NCBI GenBank assembly: GCA_016185525.1
Contig: JACPNK010000005.1
Coordinates: 92,473-156,472, forward strand
DNA length: 64,000 nt
Reading direction: 5' to 3'
From: Candidatus Yanofskybacteria bacterium
GTDB taxonomy: Bacteria > Patescibacteriota > Minisyncoccia > 2-02-FULL-40-12 > IGHO2-12-FULL-4
Each line of letters begins with the position of its first letter. The stretch's first letter is position 1. Below the pieces are notes generated by a model, which saw only the letters and a program-made list of their open reading frames with translations, searched no databases and was not told the origin of the DNA. Positions 17,505 to 25,338 of the stretch are shown piece after piece. The position numbers and the translations under genes are program-made.

Positions 17505-19751
17505 TTACTCAAAGTGTCTTATTTTTTGAAAGTTAGCCACTTGAGTCTTAAGAAGGGGAGACTTTTTCAGATTCGGGTCATCTTTCAACAAAAGCTTAGC
17601 TTCCAGCCGAGCTTTTTTTATTAACTCCAAATCGGTTAGAGAAGCCATTGCCAAGTCGGGTAAACCGGATTGTTTGGTGCCGACAAATTCTCCGGGTCCG
17701 CGCAAAAGCAAGTCTTGTTCAGCCAGCTTAAACCCGTCATCGCAACTCTCTAAAGCTTTGAGTCTTTTGTTCTCAAAACGGTTGTTGCCACCGTTGACCA
17801 AAAAGCAATAAGACTGATGTTCAGCCCGCCCCACCCTGCCCCTAAACTGGTGCAGTTGCGACAAACCGAACCTTTCAGCATTTTCAATCAGCATGACCGA
17901 GGCATTTGGAATATCAACGCCAACTTCAACAACCGAGGTAGACACCAAAATGTGATACTTCCTGTTTTTAAAATCTTCCATGATTTTTTCTTTTTCTTTA
18001 GGCTTCATCTTTCCATGAAGCATGGCGATTTTAAAATTGGGAAAAATACTTTTTGAAAGTTTTTCGTATTCAGCAGTAACAGCCTTAACTTCCGCCCACA
18101 ACACATTCATCTTGTTTTGTTTTCCCGAAGTCTTAATCACCTCTTGCGGGTTGCCCAGCTCAATACGGGGACATATCACAAAAGACTGTCGGCCGGATAG
18201 AATTTCTTTTTCAACAAAACCATAAACTTCAGAAGATTTATCTTTTGTAAAAACTTTGGTAATAATTTTCTTTCGGTCTTTTGGCTTTTCTTTGATTAAA
18301 GAAACATCCAAGTCGCCGTATACCGTCAATGCCAAAGTGCGGGGGATGGGAGTTGCTGTCATAGATAGCAAGTGCGGTGTTAGTTCTTGATTTTTAACAA
18401 GCTTCATTCTTTGCTCAATACCGAAACGATGCTGTTCGTCTATTACTATCAAACCGAGATTTTTAAACTTCACATTTTTTTGTATAACCGCGTGCGTGCC
18501 GACTATAATGTCTATCCGGCCATAGGCAATTTTCTTTTGCATTAACTTTTTAGGTATTTTTTCTTCGGTAACTTCATCAGTCGGCCATTGTTTTGTCTCG
18601 TTTCCAGTCAAGAGTCCAATGGTTAAGTTAGGCAAATCAGCCACACCCCTACTCGAAAATTCCCGAGCGAAGAGTCGAGGGTCGAGAGTGGGCGGTGTGG
18701 CTGATTTGCTATCAACTTTGTATTGTAAATTTACCAGTAACGACTTTATCGTTGCGTAATGCTGATGCGCCAGTATCTCTGTTGGCGCCAAAAAAACTGC
18801 CTGAAAACCTGAGTCAGCTGCCTGATATGCTGCGATTACGGCAACGATCGTCTTGCCTGAACCGACATCTCCGTTCAACAGCCTATTCATGGGATAACTT
18901 CTGCCAAAATCTTTCATAATCTCAAAAGCGCAGATCCTTTGATCATTTGTCAGAGCAAATGGCAAACTCTCAACAAAATCTTTTACCAACTCCGGTTTGA
19001 AGATTACTGAAGGCGCTTTAAGTTTAGAAAGGCCGCGCCGGCCCAGAAGAGATTTAATCTGAAATAAAAGCAATTCGTCAAAGGCGACTCTTTTTCTGGC
19101 AACTTCGGCTTCGACAACAGATTCCGGAAAGTGGATTGTTTTAATTGCTTGAACCAAATCCGGAAAATCGTATTTTTTTCTGATACCTTCAGGCAGGTAG
19201 TCGTAAATTCCGTCAACGGTAGCCAGCAAAGGTTTTATTAAAAAACGGAGATATTTTGAGGAAATACCCTCTGTTTCCGGGTACACAGGAACCAATCTGC
19301 CGGTATGAACCAGTTCCGTTTGCGGTTGGTAGTTTGAGTTATGAATCTTTTCGTAAGAAGGGCTGGAAAGATAAATTCCACGCTTATCCAAAGCCACCTT
19401 ACCGGATAAACTGACCAGACTTCCTTCAGCAAGAGAGTTTTCTATATACGGTTGATTGAACCAAACCACCCGGAGTTGTTCATCGGCATCTTTTATATGA
19501 GCCTCCGTTATAGACAACCGGCGGTGCCAAATATTAGTTGTCTTTATCTTCATCACTTCGCCCACCACGCTAACAACCCTGCCAGTCTCTTTGACCTCGC
19601 CAACACCAACTATTTGGGTAAAATCTTCGTAACGGCTGGGAAAATGCCAGAGCAAATCTTTGATAGTTTTAATGCCCAGTCTTTTCAGTCTTGGCAAATT
19701 CTTAGGCCCAACTTTAGGCAATTTTTCTATAGGAGTAGTCAGATCAAGCAT
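17505..19751 (-). CDS. recG: ATP-dependent DNA helicase RecG
   Basis: Wedge-domain N-terminus. Helicase motifs GDVGSGKT and DEQHRFG. 748 aa. Confidence 0.9.
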   Translation of the reverse strand: MLDLTTPIEKLPKVGPKNLPRLKRLGIKTIKDLLWHFPSRYEDFTQIVGVGEVKETGRVVSVVGEVMKIKTTNIWHRRLSITEAHIKDADEQLRVVWFNQPYIENSLAEGSLVSLSGKVALDKRGIYLSSPSYEKIHNSNYQPQTELVHTGRLVPVYPETEGISSKYLRFLIKPLLATVDGIYDYLPEGIRKKYDFPDLVQAIKTIHFPESVVEAEVARKRVAFDELLLFQIKSLLGRRGLSKLKAPSVIFKPELVKDFVESLPFALTNDQRICAFEIMKDFGRSYPMNRLLNGDVGSGKTIVAVIAAYQAADSGFQAVFLAPTEILAHQHYATIKSLLVNLQYKVDSKSATPPTLDPRLFAREFSSRGVADLPNLTIGLLTGNETKQWPTDEVTEEKIPKKLMQKKIAYGRIDIIVGTHAVIQKNVKFKNLGLIVIDEQHRFGIEQRMKLVKNQELTPHLLSMTATPIPRTLALTVYGDLDVSLIKEKPKDRKKIITKVFTKDKSSEVYGFVEKEILSGRQSFVICPRIELGNPQEVIKTSGKQNKMNVLWAEVKAVTAEYEKLSKSIFPNFKIAMLHGKMKPKEKEKIMEDFKNRKYHILVSTSVVEVGVDIPNASVMLIENAERFGLSQLHQFRGRVGRAEHQSYCFLVNGGNNRFENKRLKALESCDDGFKLAEQDLLLRGPGEFVGTKQSGLPDLAMASLTDLELIKKARLEAKLLLKDDPNLKKSPLLKTQVANFQKIRHFE
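18633..18708. repeat. palindromic in-frame insertion inside recG, between helicase motifs I and II
   Basis: 15-bp inverted arms caaatcagccacacc / ggtgtggctgatttg flank a 46-bp core. The segment encodes SKSATPPTLDPRLFAREFSSRGVADL, which is absent from the equivalent stretch of E. coli RecG. Confidence 0.5.
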
Positions 19752-19826
19752 ATAATCTTAATATCATTTCTAGCCGCGCCTTAAAAGCGTGCGCAAACTT
19801 TCAAGACAGCACATATGAGTTTGAGG

Positions 19827-20192
19827 TTAGAAAGACCTCAATAGCAACCAAAAGAAAAGAAAGCCAAACCCCCATATTGGTATGGTTAAATAGCTGGTAT
19901 GGCGTCCGGGCAAAGGATAGCGCTCATATAACCAAAGACGAGAACCCATAACTTTGTACCAAGAAAAACCCACCGCCCATTCAAGAGCCGGTCCTATTAA
20001 AGATGTAACCAAGAAAACATATAATGGTTTCCATCCTAGCCAAAATACAAGCAGGACAATACCTATAGTCGGTATCAAGATAATAAAAAAATATTCTTGC
20101 CACAAGAATTGATGTTTGCCTTTACTATATAAAAAGGCCAACAGAAATCCTGTGAAGATTAAGACTAAATAAAAGATTGAGAATTTTATCAT
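19827..20192 (-). CDS. small polytopic membrane protein. Conservative ATG start is used; the ORF track offers a TTG at 20225.
   Basis: Four hydrophobic segments. No recognisable domain. Confidence 0.4.
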   Translation of the reverse strand: MIKFSIFYLVLIFTGFLLAFLYSKGKHQFLWQEYFFIILIPTIGIVLLVFWLGWKPLYVFLVTSLIGPALEWAVGFSWYKVMGSRLWLYERYPLPGRHTSYLTIPIWGFGFLFFWLLLRSF

Positions 20193-20422
20193 GACCGTTT
20201 TCTGTAAAAACCCAAACCCTTCCAAAACTTATAGAGAGGCGTACTGACTTGTCCGTCCGAAGCTTTAGCGAAGGAGGATGACAATTTCCAAATTTTCTTT
20301 GGCGGAGTTCGGATTACTGAAATTCTAGCGAATTTCAGTCTTGGCGGCAAATTCTTTGAAAAACAAAACCGCCAGAGGCCTTTCGACATAGCGGTTTGAG
20401 CAGTCAGTCTGCTTAGTCCTTT

Positions 20423-20887
20423 TCAGGAACGAGTCGGTTTCTCCGAAAGGAGAGTACCGATCCATTCCATGTTGCCTTTGTGGTTCTCGAACCAGGGCCA
20501 TCGAGCTCTTGCGGCATCACGATTGAAAGGGTCGCCGATAATAAGCTCGACGGTCTCGTTGTCCTCGATTGCGATCTTGACCTTGTCGAAATCCGCAACC
20601 TCGATAGTACAGACTTCTTCACGACCAAACTCGTTCTCAGCTGGTGCATAGATACGCACCTTAACCTCGAAGGGATTGTAGTCATTTTCCCCACGAATAT
20701 CGACGTCGAGAGAATGAGTGGCTTGTTGAGGATTCTGTCCTCTGACGAAGTGCTCTGGACACATGCACTCATCGATCTTGAAGAAAAACATTGTCCCTTG
20801 AAGATCCTCAATCATGCAATTCTCGCCACGATGAGCATCAAAATACTTTCCTTTAACCAACGAACGAAGTCCTGTATAGACATGCAT
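20423..20887 (-). CDS. hypothetical protein, GC-rich relative to its neighbours; strong SD (AAGGAGGT) 7 nt upstream
   Basis: 154-aa ORF with a perfect RBS. The antisense ORFs in the same region were rejected. Composition is atypical. Confidence 0.55.
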   Translation of the reverse strand: MHVYTGLRSLVKGKYFDAHRGENCMIEDLQGTMFFFKIDECMCPEHFVRGQNPQQATHSLDVDIRGENDYNPFEVKVRIYAPAENEFGREEVCTIEVADFDKVKIAIEDNETVELIIGDPFNRDAARARWPWFENHKGNMEWIGTLLSEKPTRS

Positions 20888-21070
20888 TTACTACCTCCTT
20901 TTTTGACAAAAACCGACTGAAACGAAAGTTCAGCCCACATCATACCATATCTTATCGTTGTTGTAAATAGCAACAACAAACAAGATAACAAAAAAGCCCA
21001 TATTCAGGCTATTTCTTACTCTTAAACTCTTATTAAAATTTTTCTTTTCTGCTTCTATAAAATATGGTTT

Positions 21071-21138
21071 CCTCTAGAGGCGGGGTTTTCGGGGAAGTGA
21101 AACTTTTCACTTTCCCTCAATACCCTTCTCATCCCACC
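21071..21138. repeat. conserved ~68-bp tRNA-flanking element, copy at tRNA-Leu (second copy at 30489-30556)
   Basis: cctctagaggcggggttttcggggaagtgaaacttttcactttccctcaatacccttctcatcccacc is ~80% identical to the copy next to tRNA-Ser(GCT). It contains the agtgaaa..ttcact hairpin and ends in an inverted partial copy of the tRNA T-arm. Confidence 0.6.
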
Positions 21139-21190
21139 AAAACAGATAATTAACAATACCTTCAAAAGGAAGATATTGTTAATTCCTGAT

Positions 21191-21274
21191 GTGCTCGGGG
21201 TGGGATTCGAACCCACATGGGCTTGCGCCCACAGCATTTTAAGTGCTGCGTGTAAACCATTCCACCACCCGAGC
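21191..21274 (-). tRNA. tRNA-Leu (anticodon TAA), long variable arm
   Basis: Hand-folded: acceptor GCTCGGG/CCCGAGC, anticodon loop CTTAAAA, T-arm GGGTTCGAATCCCAC. Confidence 0.8.
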
Positions 21275-21285
21275 AATTTAGATTT

Positions 21286-21996
21286 TCAAGTCTTCTCACT
21301 CTTCTTAGCCCATTCTACCGCCTCGGCCAAAGAGTGGAAAGTGCCTGCGTCAACCCAAAAACCCCCAACAAATTCAGCTTTCATTTTTTTATTCCGGATG
21401 TAGGCGTTGTTTACGTCAGTGATTTCAAATTCGCCGCGAGCCGACGGCTTAAGCGTGCGGATAATATCAAACACTTTTGAATCATACTGATACAACCCGG
21501 TAACAGCAAAAGGGGATAGCGCTTTTTTGGGCTTTTCAACGATGGCCGAAACCAGCTTGCCTTTTAACGTCGCCACACCGAATCTTTCCGGATCCGGAAC
21601 CTTCTTTAAAAATATCCTTGCTCCGCCGGAAAAAGTTTTGATTGCTTTGGAAAAAGTATCCTCAAAAACATTATCGCCTAAAATTACAGTCATTAAATCT
21701 TTGCCGACAAATTCTTCGGCTAGCAAAAGAGCGTGAGCTATGCCCAAAGTTTTTTCTTGCACTCTATAGGTAAAATTTGCCCCGAAATCTCTGCCCGAAC
21801 CAAGATATTCTATAAAATCTCCGGAGTGCTCGCGCCCGGAAACGATTAAAATGTCTTTTATACCAGACTTTAAGAGGGTGTTTAGTGGGTACTCAATCAA
21901 GGCCCGGTCAAAAACGGGCAACAAACTTTTGTTTACTAAATTTGTCAGCGGCCGAAGGCGCGTACCGTTGCCGCCGGCCAAGATGACTCCACGCAT
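21286..21996 (-). CDS. sugar-phosphate nucleotidyltransferase (glucose-1-phosphate thymidylyltransferase-like, short form)
   Basis: N-terminal GxGTRLxPLT motif (MRGVILAGGNGTRLRPLT). 236 aa. Confidence 0.65.
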   Translation of the reverse strand: MRGVILAGGNGTRLRPLTNLVNKSLLPVFDRALIEYPLNTLLKSGIKDILIVSGREHSGDFIEYLGSGRDFGANFTYRVQEKTLGIAHALLLAEEFVGKDLMTVILGDNVFEDTFSKAIKTFSGGARIFLKKVPDPERFGVATLKGKLVSAIVEKPKKALSPFAVTGLYQYDSKVFDIIRTLKPSARGEFEITDVNNAYIRNKKMKAEFVGGFWVDAGTFHSLAEAVEWAKKSEKT

Positions 21997-22007
21997 GGAT
22001 AATTTGT

Positions 22008-22442
22008 TTAAATTGGTTTGTGTCTAGATTTATTTAAAACTTTCATTCTTAAATAAATCTTTTCTAGCCTTGCATCACTCTCTGGATTTGACTTGGGTTT
22101 TATAATAGAAAGGGCATCTAGCAAGAGCTCGGCTTGTTTTTTCTTTACACGGATGTGCTGTAACATGGGTGGCAAGAACTTTCTAATCTCGTTTGAATAA
22201 AGAGTGAGATAGTACATTAACCGTTTACTGCCTTTTGCTTCGCGCAATCTTTTTTTATCAAATTTTTGCATGATAAACTCCAATCCCTCTTTATCTGACA
22301 TTCCAACAGATATGCGTAACTCCCAAACCCAGCCCCGCTTGCCACAATGTTTTGTTTTTGCAAAATGTTTAGCAACTACAAAACTTCCTTCGCCGTCGAG
22401 TAGCCCTGCTATATAAGCATAGTCCGTATCAGTTAATTCCAC
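22008..22442 (-). CDS. free-standing LAGLIDADG homing endonuclease
   Basis: YIAGLLDGEGSF motif (single LAGLIDADG, homodimer type). 144 aa. Confidence 0.7.
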   Translation of the reverse strand: MELTDTDYAYIAGLLDGEGSFVVAKHFAKTKHCGKRGWVWELRISVGMSDKEGLEFIMQKFDKKRLREAKGSKRLMYYLTLYSNEIRKFLPPMLQHIRVKKKQAELLLDALSIIKPKSNPESDARLEKIYLRMKVLNKSRHKPI

Positions 22443-22508
22443 GGGTTAATTTTATCATACTGTATTGAGATTACCACCCGCACAATATACACCTTTCATT
22501 GTTGAAAG

Positions 22509-23063
22509 TTAGTAATTTTTAGGCGATGTTGGATCGTAATTAAAATGAAAATACTCTCGTTTTTTGCCTAATCTAAAACCATTATTCTGCATAATGCCTA
22601 TGAGTATTTCTTGAAGTTCTTGGTAGCTTCTGTTGCTTTGTTTATAAAAATCAACAAAATAGCCATTAATTCCATCTTTCTTGTCATGTAAAATAATTTT
22701 TTTACCATCTTTCCACGATGCCACGTCTACTGACTTGCCAGTCGAGTGGGGCATATCGATTATATTTAGTATACGATTGGTATCAACTTCGCCGATTTTC
22801 TCTTTCATTTTGTTATTAACAAGAGTATACAAGTCTTTTGATCTGTATCCTTCTGTAATGTAAAGCCGATACTCTTTATTTTGAAGTTCTCTATCAGCAC
22901 TTTTTAATGCCTGAACTATGTCTTTATGAACCAAAACACGCTCGTCGTGCAAATCAACACTTACTAGATCTTCCTTAGAAATTCCTATTTCAACTCCTTT
23001 GCGCCAATAAAAATTACTGCCTAACAAGTCATAATCGTCAATGTAAACAAAGTTTTTGTCCAT
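22509..23063 (-). CDS. peptidase M15 family (D-Ala-D-Ala dipeptidase/carboxypeptidase, VanX/VanY-like)
   Basis: HSTGKSVDV (SxHxxGxAxD-like) and EYFHF (ExxH) zinc-ligand motifs. Confidence 0.5.
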   Translation of the reverse strand: MDKNFVYIDDYDLLGSNFYWRKGVEIGISKEDLVSVDLHDERVLVHKDIVQALKSADRELQNKEYRLYITEGYRSKDLYTLVNNKMKEKIGEVDTNRILNIIDMPHSTGKSVDVASWKDGKKIILHDKKDGINGYFVDFYKQSNRSYQELQEILIGIMQNNGFRLGKKREYFHFNYDPTSPKNY

Positions 23064-23139
23064 TGAGGCGGCAGCGAGAATTGCACTCGCGTATATTCCT
23101 TTTGCAGAGGAACGCCTTACTCCTTGGCTATGCCGCCGT

Positions 23140-23481
23140 CTATTTCTCTTTAACTTTTTCTATTATTTTCTCTACTTCAGCTGCTCTTTCCTCTGTTTCA
23201 TCCAGAACAAAAAACAATTTGGGAACTGGCCGCATTTGCAGTTTTTTATTCAACGTCTGCTGAAAAAAATATATATTTCTGTTAATATTTTCCAAAACTT
23301 TTTTAGCGACATCTAAAGGAAAAATGGAGACGTAGACCCTGGCGTGATTATGATCCTCCGAAATAACTGCCCGGGTTACCGTAACCAAAGCTTCAAAATC
23401 AAGATCAAGTTCGCGATGCAAAATCTTTCCCACCTCATCTCTAACCAAATCGCCAATCTTTTCTTTACGATATAACGACAT
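23140..23481 (-). CDS. rbfA: ribosome-binding factor A
   Basis: 113 aa, immediately downstream of infB. KH-like RbfA sequence. Confidence 0.8.
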   Translation of the reverse strand: MSLYRKEKIGDLVRDEVGKILHRELDLDFEALVTVTRAVISEDHNHARVYVSIFPLDVAKKVLENINRNIYFFQQTLNKKLQMRPVPKLFFVLDETEERAAEVEKIIEKVKEK

Positions 23482-23510
23482 AAAAAATTAATAAGAAATA
23501 AATTTTTAAC

Positions 23511-25040
23511 CTAGAGCGATCTTTTTATTTTTTCCTCTTCGTAAACTTCTAAGATGTCTCCCTCTTTGACAAACATATTTGGAGCGATCGGCTGACCGAA
23601 ATCAACTCTTAAGCCGGCCTCTAAACCCTCGGCGACTTCTTCAACATCCGCTTTTTGCTGTTGAAGCTGTCCGAGCTTTCCTTTCGTTATTACATTACTG
23701 TTTCTAGTTACCTCAATCAACGCGCCTCTCTTGATTTTACCAGAAACCACTTTTCCTCCCACAACCTGATTTTTAGGATCCTTTTTGAATAAGGCCAACA
23801 CCTTAAGCTTACCCAAGGAAATTCTATTAATTTCCGGGTCTAAAAGGTCGGACATCTTTCTTTTTACCTCCTCCACCAGTTCATATATTATATCAAAGGA
23901 TTCCACAACAACTCCTTCTCTTTCTGCTATCTGACGAAGAGAACTACTGACCGGAACGTGAAAACCGACAACCACCGCTTTGGTTGCTACGGCCTTTTTA
24001 ATATCGCCCTCCGAAATATTACCGACACCGTAATCTACAATTTTGTAACTTACCTCCTCCGATTTTATCGTCCTCAAAACTTGGTCAATTGCCTCAAGAG
24101 AACTTGAAACATCGGCTTTCACAATTAAGTTCAGGCTTTTATTTTTACTTTTTTCCGGACCGCTTTCTTGGACAAAAATTACCGGCTGGCCCAACGTTGA
24201 ATTCTCTTTGGCCAGTTTTAAAGCTTCTTCTCTGGACTCAGCTTTTCTTACAATAGAGCCTAGGATTGGGGGAGTACCCCAGCCCAAAACTACCGAAGGC
24301 TTTGAAGCGCCGGCTTCCGTTATACTTCTGCCCAAAAAGTCTGACATTGATTTTATCCTGACAGCTTCCGCTCCAGCAACGACCCAGTCGTTAACACGAA
24401 AAAAACCGCTTTTCACTAAAATTGTAGCCACGTAGCCACGTCGGCTGTCAAGATGCGAATCAATTATAATTCCGGTGGTGGAGGTGTCGTCTGATTTCAG
24501 TTCTTCCAGCTCGGCTACCAGAAGAATCATCTCCAGCAAAGAATCTATGCCTTGCCCTGTTTTCGCTGATACTTCAACTGCCGGGACTTTACCGCCCCAC
24601 TCTTCTATAAAAACATTATTTTCAGAAAGTTCCTGTTTAACTCTCTGCACATTGGCATTTTCTTTGTCCACCTTGTTTATGGCAACAATAAAAGGAGTTT
24701 TGGTGTCTTCAATAATTTTGATAGCTTCCTTTGTTTGCGGCTTGACTCCTTCATCGGCGGCTACAACCAGAACAGCTACATCGGCCACGTTAGCGCCTCT
24801 GGAACGTATGGCTGAAAAAGCTTCGTGGCCGGGTGTGTCCAAGAACGTAATCATCTTTCCATTAGACTCTACTTGATAAGCTCCGATATGTTGGGTAATC
24901 CCGCCAGCTTCGCCTTCGGCAATTTTAGTCTTACGAATATAATCCAGAATTTTGGTCTTACCGTGGTCAACGTGTCCCAAAACAACCACAATTGGTGGTC
25001 TGGTTTGAAAATTTACCTTTTTTCCCTGTGTTTCTGCCAT
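23511..25040 (-). CDS. infB: translation initiation factor IF-2, short form lacking the long N-terminal region
   Basis: G1 motif VVVLGHVDHGKT. G-domain plus C-terminal domains. 509 aa. Confidence 0.9.
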   Translation of the reverse strand: MAETQGKKVNFQTRPPIVVVLGHVDHGKTKILDYIRKTKIAEGEAGGITQHIGAYQVESNGKMITFLDTPGHEAFSAIRSRGANVADVAVLVVAADEGVKPQTKEAIKIIEDTKTPFIVAINKVDKENANVQRVKQELSENNVFIEEWGGKVPAVEVSAKTGQGIDSLLEMILLVAELEELKSDDTSTTGIIIDSHLDSRRGYVATILVKSGFFRVNDWVVAGAEAVRIKSMSDFLGRSITEAGASKPSVVLGWGTPPILGSIVRKAESREEALKLAKENSTLGQPVIFVQESGPEKSKNKSLNLIVKADVSSSLEAIDQVLRTIKSEEVSYKIVDYGVGNISEGDIKKAVATKAVVVGFHVPVSSSLRQIAEREGVVVESFDIIYELVEEVKRKMSDLLDPEINRISLGKLKVLALFKKDPKNQVVGGKVVSGKIKRGALIEVTRNSNVITKGKLGQLQQQKADVEEVAEGLEAGLRVDFGQPIAPNMFVKEGDILEVYEEEKIKRSL

Positions 25041-25095
25041 ATTAGAAGTTCAGAAAATATAGCATTTTAAAGTGTTTTGGGCAAATTGTTGTATC

Positions 25096-25290
25096 ATATC
25101 AAACTTGGCAAACACTGCTTCTTTAGTACGTTCGTCTGCTCCTGCCTGCCTGCCGGCAGGCAGGCGGCAGACTCACTCGCGCTGAAGTTGGGGTTTGCTC
25201 GCAGTTAAAAGAATAATTATACTGCTCGCAACCAAGCAACCCTCAACTTCAGAGCGACCGCAGAAGCAGTGTTTGCCAAGTTTGATATAA
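25096..25290. repeat. long palindromic intergenic element, copy B, with 27-bp perfect terminal inverted repeats
   Basis: atatcaaacttggcaaacactgcttct ... agaagcagtgtttgccaagtttgatat. Internal imperfect palindrome. Shares agtacgttcg / tcactcgcg / aattatact with copy A at 1226-1376. Confidence 0.7.
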
Positions 25291-25338
25291 AAAAACCGCT
25301 TCTTGCGAAGCGGTACCTGTTTGTTTAGATACCGGAAT

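Noticed and set aside
20480-20920. 146-aa plus-strand ORF and 132-aa minus ORF (20413-20811) overlapping 20423-20887
   Set aside because: Only the 154-aa minus-strand frame has a perfect AAGGAGGT Shine-Dalgarno. The others are frame-shifted or antisense artefacts of the local GC richness.
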